Below are positions 89,198 through 104,690 of a DNA stretch of 124,000 nt, piece after piece; positions within the stretch are counted from its first letter, which is position 1; each line of letters begins with the position of its first letter. The notes under the pieces were generated by a model. It made no database searches, had not been told where the DNA came from, and saw nothing but the letters and a program-made list of their open reading frames with translations. The position numbers and the translations under genes are program-made. Source of the DNA: Octopus vulgaris (taxonomy: Eukaryota); NCBI GenBank assembly GCA_951406725.2, contig OX597822.1:43544001-43668000 (forward strand). Direction: 5' to 3'.

Positions 89198-90294
89198 ATT
89201 TAATATAGCCAATATTTAAATTTGAGCTATTATAGCAATCTTTCAATCTCAAATAAACTACATGGATGGTCATTTGTGAATAAACAAGTACGGCAAAGGA
89301 CGCTGATCTTTGCGAAAATATAAGCAAAAATGTAAATGATGGAAAAGCAAAATGTGGAATGGGAAAAAGATAAACAAAGCGAAACTTAAGAATTACATCC
89401 TTTTGCCTATTCTAATGTGAATTAATTGGTGAAAATTAATTCAAAGGGAAGAAGGTAAAAGTCTGAGATTTTTTCTGTTTAATCCGTAGCGTGTTGTGAC
89501 CTCCAGTAGAATAAAAGAAATTTCTCCATATACCTACATTTGATAAACATTTCAAATTTGGCATGTTGTAGGTTTTCGGAGTTCTTAGATCTAAAACAAT
89601 ATGAAATCGTTTGGCGAAACGATACCTGCATGTATTCGATCCATGAACGTGTGGTGTTGGTAGTTTCACTGCGCTCCACTTGATGGTGCGTGGTGAGCAT
89701 TTGGTCTTAAAATCCCAGCTATGGCTAGCAAACTTCGTGGCTTTCTTCTCATCCACGTGTCGGAAAGAAGATGCGTATTTGTGTACCGTTTTTAAAATTT
89801 CCTTCATACATATCAATAGAAGAGTACCATGGATTAACTAAAGTCCATCTTTGAAATTTTTATTAATGGACAGATATGAAGAAATTTATTTTGTTTGAGA
89901 GGAAAGTACTACCCACTGCGGATTAGGCAGTCTAACAAACTTCTGTCTTCTCTTTGAATTAACTTACATCAGCCTTATAAATTCTTAATAGAATTGACAG
90001 AAGGTCGTAACTCTTGGTTCTCTTTTTCTTCTTTCTTATTCCACTTTTTTTCTTTTAACTTGCTCTCATCCGTTCCGTGTTTGCTCAAAGACCAGTACCC
90101 TTTCACGTTTTCTCAAAATCTAACAGGTATATTGTATATTGAATCCTGAAGACGGCTTCGAAAGAAAGTATCGTATTCAAGCTTGTCAGTTTTTGTACCA
90201 TGAAATTACTGTGTATATTAAATGATACTTATCTATCTTTGGAAGGTATACATCCATTGTTACTCGCACCATTAACGGAACAGCAAATTATATG

Positions 90295-90340
<46 letters not shown>

Positions 90341-90344
<4 letters not shown>

Positions 90345-91592
90345 TTGGTCATCTAACAAATAATAGGATTTTTTATATTTCCTTCATTTTTCAAAATTGA
90401 GATAAACAAAGTTATTTTTTAATCTAAAATACAATGTCCTTCATTTTATACACTTTTCTTCCATCTATCTGTTTGACTTGCAAAGACCCTCTTCCAAATT
90501 TTCCTAGTCCGTAACGAAACATACTCTTCCAGTACTGTTCTAAACTCATCTACAGAATTCATATTTCTTTCCGTGCAAATGATTTTGAAGACTGAGGAAT
90601 AAATGATAATCAGAAGGAACAATGTCCAACGAATGTCGTGGGTGCGGCATCATTTCCAATTCAACCTGTTCCAACCTTTCGAATGTCATTCTTGCGGTAT
90701 GTGGCCGAGCATTATCCTGATGGAAGAACACCTTTCGTTTGAAACCAAAGATGGACGTTTTTCTTCTAACGCTGACTTGAGCCGCTCAAGCTGTTCCTGG
90801 TAGATCTCCTTTCTCTTCGTTTGCCTTGGGTTTAAAAGTTCAAAGTGGACTAAACCTTTCATATCCCACTAAACAGATAACAACACCTTACATGGATGAC
90901 GACTTTTCTTAGCCTGGGGTGCTGTTGTTTTTCCTTTCCCTATCCGCTGTCTTCGGCGCTTGACATTTTTATAGGGAACCCATTTCCCGTCACCAGTCAC
91001 TTTTCGGTACAAAAATGTTCATTCGTGAGACGTGACAGCAAAGAAGAGCACACATTCACTCTCTGCGCTCGATAAGACTCTGAAAATTTGTGAGGAACCT
91101 ATTGACCCGATTTTTTTACTTTTTCGCTGGCACGCAGATGTCGATGAATGGTTGAATGACCAAATCTAAGCTACTCTGCTAGTTCCTCAACAGTTACGAT
91201 GGGATTTTTTTACACCAGTGTTTGCAGGACGTTATCGTCGAGCTCTACAGATCTTCCAGGACGAGGCTCATCTTCTTGGCTGCATTTCCCGGCTCGGAAT
91301 TTATTGAACCACCATTGACACTCGCTTACGTTTATTGTCCGATCCTTATATTCATCGCATTCTCCATTGCGTTGCTGTCTTTCTTGAACACATAAAGCAA
91401 AATATGCCGAATATGCTCCTTTGCCACTCCCATTATAGCTTTGAAAAAATAACTGTTAAAATCAAACTGCACTCCTCAAAACTTGTACTAAGAATAAGTA
91501 CAGGTATTTATAGCAAGTTGATGAAGGTAGTTTATCCCAACCCTCACCGATTTTTAGTTCATGCAGTTGAAAAAACCGTATTATTTATGGGA
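90341..91592 (-). mobile_element. Mariner transposon, full length but decayed (62351 family)
   Basis: TIR-like ends; FHQDNARPHT...VPSDYHLFLSLQNHL on the minus strand. Confidence 0.85.
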
Positions 91593-91620
91593 CGACACAA
91601 TATATATATATATATATATG

Positions 91621-91666
<46 letters not shown>

Positions 91667-91689
91667 CGTAAGTATGTATGTATACTGAC

Positions 91690-91864
91690 ATATAAGCGAC
91701 GGACGACTTTCAGTTTCCATCTACCAAATCCCTTCACAAGGCTCTGGTCGACCCGAGGTTATATAAGAAGAAACTTGCGCAAGATGCTACTGGGTGGGAG
91801 TGAACCAGGAACCATGTGGCTGGGAAGCCAACTTCTTACAACACAACCAAGCCTGTGCCAACAA

Positions 91865-91896
<32 letters not shown>

Positions 91897-92100
91897 ACAC
91901 ACACACACATACACACACACACACTCACACATACCTACGACGGACTTCTTTCAATTTCCGTCTGCCAAATCCACTCACAAGGCTTTGTTGGCCCCTGGCT
92001 AAGTAGTAGAAGACAATTACCAAAAGTGCTACGCAGTGGGATTGAACCTGGAAGCATGTGGTTTGAAAGCACGCTTCGTACCACACAGCCACTCCTGTGT
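91690..92100 (-). mobile_element. Two SINE family A heads in tandem
   Basis: 91690-91860 and 91935-92100. Confidence 0.75.
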
Positions 92101-92134
92101 CTATTTACACACACACACACACATACACACACAC

Positions 92135-92181
<47 letters not shown>

Positions 92182-93108
92182 TACTGTGTTGTCAACAGAA
92201 ACCTTTTTGTAATTTCTAAATTATGGCGAGTCATAGAATTTTTCTATCTCACGGAATTAAAGCAAACGACTCTTAAATGGTTGAACATTCCTACCAAAGA
92301 CATCCACGAACGTCGTTTAATTAAAAATGATATTACACATAATTACGTACGCTATCTTCAGTTGAACTATTAAAAAGTTTAAAGAAACATTTAAATCTGC
92401 TTGGGTAGAAAATCAAATTAGTTTCCTAAAGTAAAAATTAGTTTTCTGAGGTAAAAAGAAATAGAAAAAAATTATAAAATAATAGAAAGTAGGAGTTAAA
92501 ATAGAAGAAGGATGTAAACCATGTGTGCTGTTTAAAATTGTTATCTATTATGGAACAGACAAGAAGCACGATTAGAGAGCATTTGAACGTTTTATTCTAT
92601 CAAAGAAAGATTTGAAAAGGAATAAATGAATTGGTTGCACGAAAAAAATTTCAGCCTGAAGGTTGACAGATGCTTGATTAGATACGTGAAATCGAAGATT
92701 TGAAAGTCATTGCGGGAATTACAAGTAAATTTAATGAAAACAGTGATTCTGTTCAGTGAGTACATTCTAAAATAGTGCTAAATCTTTGTAGCATTTCAAA
92801 AAAATGTGCTATAAGAGACATTCGAACACAGCGAAAAACGCTCTTTGTTTTTTAATTACAGTCACAGAAGCACTTCTAATGAGGGGTTTGTAATAATAGA
92901 AGTAACTGTATTTGTTTCAGTCCTTAGACTGGGGCATCGATTTGAAGGGTGTTTTTAGTGGAGCAAATCGACGTCAGCACTGGTGTTTATTACATTCATT
93001 TCATTAGCCGAACCGCTACCCTGGACAGAAAGAAGCCAACACCGGTTGTGTGGGTACGAACACAATGATACACACATAGATAGATACACGCACGCACGCA
93101 CGCACACA

Positions 93109-93185
<77 letters not shown>

Positions 93186-93559
93186 CATTACGCAAAACAT
93201 TCTTAAATACAGATGCTGACATATGACCAACGTTGAACCCCTTATATACATATATACACACATGTTCTACGATCTATCTTCTTTCAACTTCCGTCACCCA
93301 ATCCACTTACAGTGGGATGATCGGCCGGGGCTATAGTAGAAGATATTTGTTCAAGGTTCCAGTATGCAGTGAGAATGAACACGAAACTGTATTTTTGGGA
93401 AGCAAGCTTCTTCCCACACAGTCACGCCTGTACTTCTATATTACGTTTTCATGTTTAACCTGCTCTGTCAGAAGTGGGAAAGAAGCGGTCCAATGGTTAT
93501 TGCCCTTCTATCTTGGTAGATTTCATACCAAGAGTGATCCACTTGAATATATATTTCTT

Positions 93560-93783
93560 TACTACCCACAAGCGGCTAAACACAGAGGGGATAAACAAGG
93601 ACAGACAAACGGATTAAGTCGATTACATCGACCCCAGTGCGTAACTGGTACTTAATTTATCGACCCCGAAAGGATGAAAGGCAAAGTCGACCTCGGCGGA
93701 ATTTGAACTCAGAACGTAACGGCAGACGAAATACGGCTACGCATTTCGCCCGGCGTGCTAACGTTTCTGCCAGCTCGCCACTT
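93560..93783 (-). mobile_element. SINE family C, full length
   Basis: Clean match to the family C consensus. Confidence 0.9.
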
Positions 93784-93928
93784 GAATATATGCTAGTCTG
93801 CACCTGCGGGAAGGGTTTGAACAATGAGGGAATTCTGGGGTGCGAGGATGGCATCATTTGAAAAAGAACTGGGCTTAGTCATCAGTGCGGGACCTGGAGG
93901 GATGGCATACACACACACACACACGCAC

Positions 93929-93986
<58 letters not shown>

Positions 93987-96900
93987 ACACACACACACAA
94001 AAGATACGAGAAAGGTATATATGAGTGTCTCGGGAAAGCTTGAGTAGAAACGGCAAGAGCTCTTCCAGCGCATACGAATTGCAGCCCTAGGGGAGTCGCA
94101 GAAAAGGCAGAGAGAGGAGGTCGGTTTGGTTAGAAATACTATTTGTAAGTGGAATTCGTATAGACCAAATAAAATGCATTACGAATGTGTAAAGACAAAG
94201 TTAAAATCTGTTCTCACTTCATTAGAATGAGAATGTTGCGTCAGTTACGATATGTGAAAGAAGATATGATTACGGAACAATATAAGCGTCACAAAATATA
94301 TATTTCTAGGCATGACATCGCCTTGCAAAATGCGGGCTTTCCTAGTCAAACGTTGTAACTTAGTAACCAACACCTACATGATTACATCGTCGCCATATTT
94401 CGCAATTACATGCAATCCAGATGCAAAACCATCATCATCATCTTCATTGTCATCATCATCATTGTCATCATCATCGTCAACAACTACAAGCCCTACCCAT
94501 TATTGACTCGAATCCTAGGACTCATCGGGCCGCTTACCCGGCTTTGATGGCGTTTAATTTACCGAGTTCACAGTATCCTCGCTGAACAGGACGCTAGTCC
94601 GTCGGAGGGTAACTCGTTTATGGCTGACTGAACCGGAACAATGTAAAAAGAAGAGTTTTGCTCAAAAGCCCAACACGACGCCTGGACGGGAATCGAAACC
94701 ATGACCATACGAATATGAGCGCAACAACGTATACTCTTGGCTACGCGCCTTCACTTTCTGACCTCCATACCATTGCAAATATCTGGTATCAAATCAAACA
94801 GAAAATTTAAAACCAGGATTTCAATTTTTCGGACTACTCAATCGTTGCTTGATGTAATTCACTCCAAAAGGTATTTTGTTCTTATCGTGTCTTACTGCAT
94901 TTACGTAAGTAAAGCTGCAGTCAAACGCAATCCTTTACGTCGAGAAACTTTATTATTCAACTGATAATGCGATCACCAATAATAACGTTTCATGAAATTA
95001 GAGCTTCAGTTTGATATTGATGCAGAGGTAATATGAACTACAACCAGCTAGATTTATATATTAATCCACCAATAGGCAACATATGAATCCAGCTTCGATT
95101 TAGAGCTAGAAAGTCACCTTAAACAGTCTTCATCATTATGTAAAATGCTTGCAACACGACAACATTATTAGATAATTATGACATCAAGTCTCTCGGAATT
95201 GTTTGCTTTGCTATCAGTTGTCAAACCACAATTATTAACAGAATGCGGAATATCGCTCAGAGATGACGGATTCTATCTGTATTCTGCTATCTATCAATGT
95301 TTGCGTCAGTATTTATTTAATCAGTGTTTGCTAATATGCCCTATTCACCCTTAAGAATCGTAGCTGTATTATTTGGTTAAGTTATTAATCTTGCGTGTGG
95401 TTTATCATTTCTTCTGCGTCGATATACAAGAGTTGCAAGCTCCTAAGGCATTAACATTACTAATCATATTTGTCTATCAAAGCTGATAGCTCAAATAGTC
95501 CTGAGCAGTGTTCCTGGGTGATTTCAGTGTCGGACAACTAAGAACACATGATACTCAAACAAGCAATATATCGTCCATTTTGCGAATACTATTGTGAATC
95601 AGTTTTAATACGACCATTTTTTCAACAATTCCGCTTTTGGTTGACATGGAAACGTTGACATAGGTTTATATCCAGTCGGTTCGGGCCAATACACAAGTCT
95701 TTACCATAAAATTAGCATGTTCGGTCGGATTCTAGTTTCTTGGAGTAAAATTTCCAGTAAAAATCACTTCGCAGTACTTGCTTGTCTAGAAGCTTCTGCT
95801 TCTTTACCCTTGTAGTGAAAATGCAACCAGCCGTCACTTGCGAGCGAATATGGTTTGATAACAGGTAGCTCACTTTCGGTGATTCTTTCAGCTGCAAGCA
95901 GAGATACATACGCTCGTAGTCCCACCTCACTCAGCAGGATACCCAACATGCGACTGCTGGAGGGTAGAGGGCGGCACCAGCATTTTGACTCGTACTTACT
96001 TTAAGCTGAGTTGTCGGTGACAATGAGGAAGTGTCTTGCTCAAGGTGAAGATGTACTGCTTGGTCCAGGAATCGAAACACACAATTTTACGATCACGTGT
96101 CAAATACCCTGAAGGTGATGTCATGTGACTTCCCTTTCAATTAAAAATTTTTACTTATCCTCTTCACCCGCAAGGAGGCTTCTACAAATATCAAAAACAT
96201 TCCTAAATTTTTGATAGACATCTACTATCATCAAAAACCCACGAGCATATAAGCGATCAAGATCACAGCAACCCACCCTCACTCCCGAACGAGACGCCGG
96301 ACCATGGCAGGGTTACTCATTTCCGGCCGAGCAACATGAAATGAAAGGTTTAATTCAAGAACACAACACACCGACCGATCAGGGAATCGAGATCACTCTC
96401 TTGCGATCTAGAGTGCAACACGCTAACCACTACGCCACACGCCTTCACCTCATGCATATGTACCAATAAGTTAATTTTTTAAAGCTACGTTTGCACTGCT
96501 TTAACTAATTCTAGTTTTATTTTAGCACAGCTGTCTTTCACCTTAAATATCCTCATAGAAGTCTAGTCACCTTGTTTATAATATCGGTTGATCCCCTGAT
96601 GCTTTCGAGACGACTCAATGTCTATCATCATCATGGCTTTCTTCTATCATTAATATTCTCAAAGACATTGGTAACAATAAATTCCTCATTATGTGAAATA
96701 ACATCTTGAACTGCTAAATTCCATTTCAATTCCCAAAAATGACATTTCAATGGCGAAAAATTGCTGCAATTATTACTGAGACCATTTTAATATACCAGAT
96801 AAAATATTGTGTTTAGTTGTTTCCTGTTTTATATTTTCATATGCTATAACAGGTTCCTTACAAAACGGATGACAAAAAACGATTATGATATTGATGATGA

Positions 96901-97004
96901 CGATGATGACGACGACGATGATGATGATGTTGATGATCATCATCATCATCCATACCAGCATCAGCAATACATTCCAGTTACGATTATGCATCAGTATATG
97001 GCAG

Positions 97005-97059
<55 letters not shown>

Positions 97060-97060
<1 letters not shown>

Positions 97061-97570
97061 AACTAGCAGTATCGCCCGGCGTTGGTCGGGTTTGTAAGGG
97101 AACTAACTATATAAGCATTTTTAGTGAGTTATAGCAAAAAAATAGGAAAAAAATGGAATAAAAAATGATGGTAATTTTGGTGTCTTCAAACCATGAAGTC
97201 GTTGTTCTAAAAGAACGCTGGTCTCCTTGACAACGCTTTACGACGTTGATTTCCTTGCACTCCCTTCCCCACAGCTTCACGAGGGAGGGAAGAAGGGGGG
97301 AGAAGCAACACAGGTGCAGGTGTGAGCATGGACGCCAACTCTGCCGCCATCGACACACGAAAAAATTGGAAGAAATGGAAAAAAATGATGTTAAATTATT
97401 TTTAAAATCGTAGACTCATCGTAGACGCGCGCTCGATATGAGACGGGCTCGATATGAATCACGACTATAAGATACCCGAATTTGGTTAAACTGCACCGCA
97501 AAATGTGGGAGTACTTAGGAATCTAAATCGTAGGAGACAGACACACAACTACAGTTTTATATATATAGAT
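97060..97570 (+). mobile_element. Lep1/HINE-like non-autonomous Helitron derivative
   Basis: Starts aactagcagtatcgcccggcgttggtcggg and ends gacagacacac...ttttatatatatagat; a second copy lies at 108788. Confidence 0.65.
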
Positions 97571-99051
97571 ATAATGCTGTTATATTTAAGACGCACCCCA
97601 AAATACATGCAGATAGTACTTTCAACAAGCCATAATTTGTTTTTAAAAATATATTCGAGTGGCCTATTTTTCTAAAACTAACGTAAATTTTTTAAGAAAC
97701 AAAATGGCATAGTCTTCGGGTACACGACCGAATCACTAATTCTCCACCTTTCAATATTCCAGTATCGTGTGTTTCATTTGTGGTTTATGCTCTCGAAAAA
97801 TACAATACAAAATGGCCGTCTTTGCAAACATATTCCCGTCAAAGAATGTTCACTTTTACCTCTTATTAATATAAACTTGTTTGTATCTTCATAAATCTAA
97901 ATTTGGACCACTGACTTTGATACTGATATCAGTCTTATACCCTCAGATGCATTTTATTCATGATCTTCTCATCAAAATGGAACGAAACTTCACGTTTATG
98001 AAGTGCAGCAAATATTGATAACCCTCCGAATATTGCTCCAACGATCTCCTGTATAAATTAACAAATCCCAATAAGATTCTTTTGCTAGATTTACAACCAC
98101 ATGTTTTTACTGATAAATGATGACGTTGGATAAATTCCTTTTTGTTATAGTCACTTTTAAGTTATATCTATAGATTTCCTGTAGAATGTAGAGTCAGAAA
98201 CGAAAGTTACAACGTTTCGTATAAAAATACATCTATGTAAACAATGCGATCGAAGATAGAAAAATAGATAATAGGTGTATATACATATTTCAGGAGTTCT
98301 TGCTTCCTCTTCAACGCTACATCCAACCCATTAACCATCCATGAACACATTGCTTAAACACCGAATATAGTGGTGTAACACAATCGGATATACCCTTTTT
98401 TACAGTCCTGGCAACTGCTACGTACATATTAATTGCTGATAGAGACACTGTATTTCGTTATGCAATCATAATATACTACAAATATATCAAACTTTTTTAT
98501 AAGTCAATGGTACATCCAACCTGTGTTAGCAGTGCGATTCAATCATTTTTAAAGTTATCTCTACAAGCTTTCTCTTGAAACTAGAGCGAGCACTGGAAGT
98601 TACGAATACGTCTATGAAAAGAATGCGATCGAAGATAGAAAAATAAGTCATTGGTGTATATCAATATTTCAGGTGTTATTTCCCTTTCTTCAGTGTCACA
98701 TACAATCTATTAACTAACCACGAACGCTTTGTTTAAATACCTACTATATTTACAGCTGGCTCTAAATTATATACGAAATCTATAGATATAATTAAAAACT
98801 GACTGTATCGCTCTGCTAATACAAAACGTCAGACATACTATTGCCTTATAAATTTTTAATATACTTGGTTGTAAATTATAGTTGCAAAGCAAATTAAGGT
98901 GTCGCTACCAGCATGCAATCTTCTTTGTTAATACTTTAAAATCATAATTCATTAATCTTTGACAAAGGCTTTGCTAGTTCGTTCACTTTAGTACTTCAAC
99001 TCATTTTTAATCTCCTCTACTTGATATGTAGACGCAGAACAGCCTCAGCCT

Positions 99052-99114
<63 letters not shown>

Positions 99115-99121
<7 letters not shown>

Positions 99122-99324
99122 CAATATCAGGGTAGCAAAAAAATTCAATAGAAATCTTTTCGCCACCAGCGGTCTAGTGAGAAAGAAAAAATAGTCAACA
99201 GACTATATAATGTACATTCAACAATAATATTAATGATAACATTGTAATAATTATTACCTATGAGGTTTTTATTCCCATGCTAGACACTTGATATAATCGG
99301 TATTTAAATAAACGATCTTATTCT

Positions 99325-99403
<79 letters not shown>

Positions 99404-99446
99404 GTAACTATGTATGTATATATATAATATATACATACACACACAT

Positions 99447-99494
<48 letters not shown>

Positions 99495-99731
99495 CAATAA
99501 TATTAGGAATGGCCTTAATAGGCCATTCAACTCACTAAAACGAGTAGCCAAACTCAAACCGCTAAATAGTAGTAATTCAGAAATCAAAGGAAAATTAAAA
99601 AAATTAAAAATTAAAAACATTTACCCTTAATTTTCCTTTGATTTCTGAATTACTACTATTTAGCGGTTTGAGTTTGGCTGCTCGTTTTAGTGAGTTGAAT
99701 GGCCTATTAAGGCCATTCCTTAATATTATTG

Positions 99732-99787
<56 letters not shown>

Positions 99788-99855
99788 ATGTATATATTAT
99801 ATATATACATACATAGTTACATATATATAAATATGTGTGTGTGTGGGTATGTATG

Positions 99856-99893
<38 letters not shown>

Positions 99894-99975
99894 AATAAGA
99901 TCGTTTGTTTAAATACCGATTATATCAAGTGGCTAGCATGGGTATAAAAACTTCATAGGTAATAATTATTATTAA
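99115..99975. mobile_element. Fragments and fold-back of a relative of the 484-bp unit family
   Basis: gaatggcctattaaggccattcctt and gccaccagcggtctagtg match positions 300-440. About 350-bp inverted arms (99247-99598 / 99626-99970) include microsatellites. Confidence 0.75.
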
Positions 99976-100163
99976 AATTATAATTAAGGGTAGCTAGAAA
100001 TCCGGGATCTGGAATTATCCAATAATTTTTTGCTAGTTTAATTTGTCTCCTTGTTTTCTCTCCTGGTTCTGTATGAATATTTGATGTGATTTTAGAGTCA
100101 AGTTTTGACTGCTATCTCTAGCATGATGGTATCTTTTAGATACCCTCAATTACAATATTATAC

Positions 100164-100197
<34 letters not shown>

Positions 100198-100238
100198 GTA
100201 TGTGTGTGTGCGTATATATATATATATATATATATATA

Positions 100239-100310
<72 letters not shown>

Positions 100311-100907
100311 CTTCATAAATAATACTTTCAAATATTAGTACAAAGCCAGCAGATTTTGAGGAAAGGGAGAAATCGATTACATTGACCCAGTACATAACTG
100401 GTATTTATTTTAACGACTCTGAAAAGATGAACGGCATGATCGACCTCGACGGAATTTGAACTCAGTACGCAAAGACGGGAGAAATCACGCTAAGTATTTT
100501 GTCCGACCTGCTAAGGTTTTGTTATCTCTTGACTTTAAACATCTAAGTAAACAATGTTATCTTAAATGTCACTTTGTACAGGTTCAATGTCTTTGTGAAG
100601 CATAGCCGCATGAAATATGTTTATTTCATACGAAGACATGTTCATCTTAAAACTCATCTGTATATTCACCGTTGTGAAATCTCCTGGGTCTGAGCTAAAT
100701 AATCTCATGCCAGAAAGAGAATGAAATAGGTAAAGTTGTTTAAGAATCTGAATACATTCTTGTACATATTCTTAGTTTTCCATCTGCTCTTCACATTAGC
100801 TCTAGAGAGGTAACTTATAATTTGCAACACCATCTCAAATAAAGATTTTATTTTGTAAAAGAAAATTTCCTTTAGCAAAATAGCTGTTTCATATTTAATG
100901 TATACAT

Positions 100908-101075
100908 AGGCGCAGGAGTGGCTGTGTGGTAAGTAGCTTTCTTACCAACCATATGGTTCCGGGCTCAGTCCCACTGCGTGCATGGTATCTTGGGCAAGTG
101001 TCTTCTACTATAGCCTCGGGCCGAGGAAAGTCCTGTGAGTGGATTTGGTAAACGGAAACTGAAAGAAGCCCGTCG
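100908..101075 (+). mobile_element. SINE family A head
   Basis: ggcgcaggagtggctgtgtggtaagtagc...gaagcccgtcg. Confidence 0.85.
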
Positions 101076-103275
101076 TATATATGTATATATATGTGTGTGT
101101 GTGTTTGTGTTTGTCACCCTAGCATTATGGTGTGTTTACTTTCGAACTTTCAATGGGGCGTATTCGCAACCAGCTGCAATCATGAACGAAAGTTGTCATC
101201 TCTGACGAAAGAAAAAGCGAAGAAAACATTCACTGATGTAGCCACCCGGTTGATGAAAAATCCGTTATACGCAATTGAGGCAAGATTTAATTTAGATAGC
101301 CAACTATAAAGAATACTTTCCTGCAGTAATTTTCTCCGCTTTGCTGTAATTAATAGTTGAATGTGTAGTGGTTTTGCTTCTAAATTACATGGCTTGATAT
101401 AGCCTTTGAGGAGAAAGTTAGCCTCCAAGACACATACTCCTTCAAAGAGTCCTGGAACTTCGGTTTTATGAATTAAGGTAGAAATGTCAGCATATATCAC
101501 ATCCATATCGCTCAACCCACGAGTTTTCTTACATTTACCAATAATGATATAAAAAAAAAATGGCAAAAAGAAAAAAAAAGAACCTTCCACGCTCTTATCA
101601 GTTTCTTTAATGCGTCAAACTTTCCTAGAATTTTAACAAGTGATCCATCAAATTGTTTTAGTTTGCGATTACACTGTTCCATATTTTTTGTTTATTCAAA
101701 TCAGCCCAGAAGTTTTCATGTAATTACAGTTACCTGACTGCCAGTGTCAACCTGCATCTCAAATTTACCATTATTGCGTTTCACTTTGATCCTTGGGATA
101801 TTTTTTTAGGATAATTTCATAAATACCTGCAGAATATTCATTTTCAATTACCTCAATTTCCTCGATCGTTTTTTTTATATATTCACATTCTGCCTGAAAG
101901 AGATCCTCTTTCATTTAATACACGTTTTACAAAAAATGCAGGACACATGGTTGGTGCAGGGTTATGTCGATATTTCATATTTTTCCTATTTATATTTGTA
102001 TCTGCCATCATGTCACGTAGTCATAATACCAGTATTTATCCGCTACTAATATATTTTTTGCATTTTTTACACAGTACGCCCATAAGGGATATTAAGGAAA
102101 GAATTTCACAGTTAATTTACCTTTCACGATGTGTCTGTTTTAATTATTATGAATAGATGGCTATTTTAACCTAATAATATTTATGTTGCATATAATGAGT
102201 TTTTATTCAGCCGGATGGTTAAACGCAACTTCAGTGATTTTTTCAGTCCCTAAATTCCTATAACGGTGGAGGCAGATTTTTCTTTTCATGCGGTTGGCAG
102301 TGAGCGCATGTTACCGACAAAGCCTGGAAAGCCAGATATATACCTCTATCGTTCTCAACACTGTTGCAGGATTATTTTCATCTGTTAGTGATATAGTTTA
102401 GTGTTTTTAAACATACTGTATCCATAACAGTTATTACTTCCGGAAGAATACCGTAGTTAATTTTCCTTTTGGCGATGAATCTGCATTGAGTATGATACAC
102501 TGATATCTATTTTTATTTATATCTTGGATATAATTCTGTTGTGTCTGGGGAGAGTAATTCTCTTTTAGTGCTTTATAATGTAACACACTCACTGGTAAAA
102601 TTTCCACTCATTTACTTATTTATTTTTCTAAAATCTTCGCTGCATCTTGCAACCTTCTCAATAGTTGTTGACTCTGTCCATTATTGAAGCTGTTCCATTC
102701 TTATTTCATTTCAGTTTTGTGGCGTATAGAAATCATTTCAAGCCATTGAAGGAATTCAATACACGAATAAATCCTTTAGTATTGAAACTGGCCATATCCG
102801 GCCAAAATACTCAACTTGTTTTATGTTCAAACTAGCCATATATAACCTTTCAGGCCGACTCTACACTGTCATTCTAAAAATGGACCGTTGCACCGTACCA
102901 TCATCAAATTTTCGAAGCTACAAGATAATGAATGATTAATCCAACACAATATGAATAGATAAGCATCATATTTGAATCCTCTAATTGAAGATATTCGACG
103001 ATTACAGAGATATTCGACCAATTCCGAATAAAGTTAAGGTATTCTCCAACTCTATATGACTTCTTGCGCTTTATTTATAAGCAGAATTAAAATATGCTTA
103101 TGAACTAACTTTTCTATGTTATATATATCCAATCATTCAGGATGTAGATTATCTCTGATGATATTTTAGATTATATATGTATACATTCATACATGTGCAC
103201 ACACACACACGCACACTCATATATATATATATATATATATATACTTTATTTTAAGCAGCAGAAAATTCAACAAAT

Positions 103276-103317
<42 letters not shown>

Positions 103318-103484
103318 ATATGTATATATGTATATATATATATATATGTATATATGTATATATATATATGTATATATGTATATATATATGTATATATGTG
103401 TATATATATATATATGTATATATGTATATATATATATGTATATATGTATATGTATATATGTATATATGTATATATATATATGTA

Positions 103485-103521
<37 letters not shown>

Positions 103522-104384
103522 CGAAATCACAACCGAAGCGATAACAGTTGCTGAGCTTGCCTCATTGATTCCGGGAGATTGACCTTTATAGATGGTCTTA
103601 TCACAGATATTTTAATGCTAAAAATTACTTCTCTGAGTTAGAGGGATTTCACGATTACAGAAACTTTATGTATGGCCTTTATACATATTTTTAGATACAA
103701 GCAACTCTCATGTGTTTAATCTTTGCATCCAAGCTTATCCCCATACTTGCTTTGAAAGCAAAACACGACAGACATTCCTCTATCTTAAGTGAAGTCAAAC
103801 GTTCATTGTTATTAAGCAAGAGCGCCATTATCCTGTCACCCTTAAAGTTGTATTCAACTACGACACTTTACGTTCAGAATCTTTATTTAACTGAATAGAC
103901 TGGTTCTTCAGTTGAATTGGTATCATTCTTAAATAGTCTTAATCAACATGTAAAGCGCAGACAAATCTACAACGACATTTCCATAATAATGACATCAGAA
104001 CTGTGTTAAGAATATATTATATCATTATCAAATTAAATTTTTCGCTGTATGTGTCAATACTTGCAATATCAAAAGGATAACACAGCCAAGCATGAACAGA
104101 AACTAATTAATCGAACGTATACTAAGCAGCAATGATTAAAATAGAGTTGTAGATAGTTATATTTAACACGATCGTGTACACTGACACGTGGAAATATCTT
104201 CGCTGTACATTCCCCTTAAGAGAATAATTATAGTCTTTGTGACATTTGCTTTTAACTAGGACATTTAGAAAAGGGTCAGCTAGCTGCGTGGCATAGGGTC
104301 AATTTGAGACATGTTCCAGACTCTGGAACATAGACGCACTGTTTTCTCCCTCTTCCTCTTTTACCGATTCCATAACGGCTCATG

Positions 104385-104690
104385 CAGTGAAGACGCGTAG
104401 CTTAGTAGCCAGGGTATTCGTCTCACGGTTGTAAGATCGCGAGTTCAAAACTGGGTAGCGCGTTGTGTTCTTGAGCAAAATATTTTATTTCTCATTGCTC
104501 CAGTCCACTCGGCTGGCAAAATCGAGTGATACCTGTATTGCAAAGGGCCAGCCTTGTCACTTTCTGTTTCAGCTGAATCTCCCTAAGAACTACGTTAAGG
104601 GTACAAGTGTCTGTGGAGTGCTGAATACCCAGGCTGGTTCGTTGATCGGATCAAGTATAACCCACTTCGTCGTAACCGACGGAGAGACAG
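104385..104690 (+). mobile_element. tRNA-derived SINE sharing the family B tail
   Basis: Tail gctgaatctccctaagaactacgttaagggtac...cgtaaccgacggag; a similar copy lies at 119960-120280 (-). Confidence 0.7.

Noticed and set aside
95764-95965. Minus-strand 61-aa ORF preceded by a pyrimidine tract and AG (possible exon)
   Set aside because: No recognisable homology, and the acceptor lies next to SINE-derived sequence.
98190-98700. Diverged direct repeat containing a minus-strand GAAACGTTG
   Set aside because: No core with a pairing stem II could be placed, and the repeat is too degenerate to classify.
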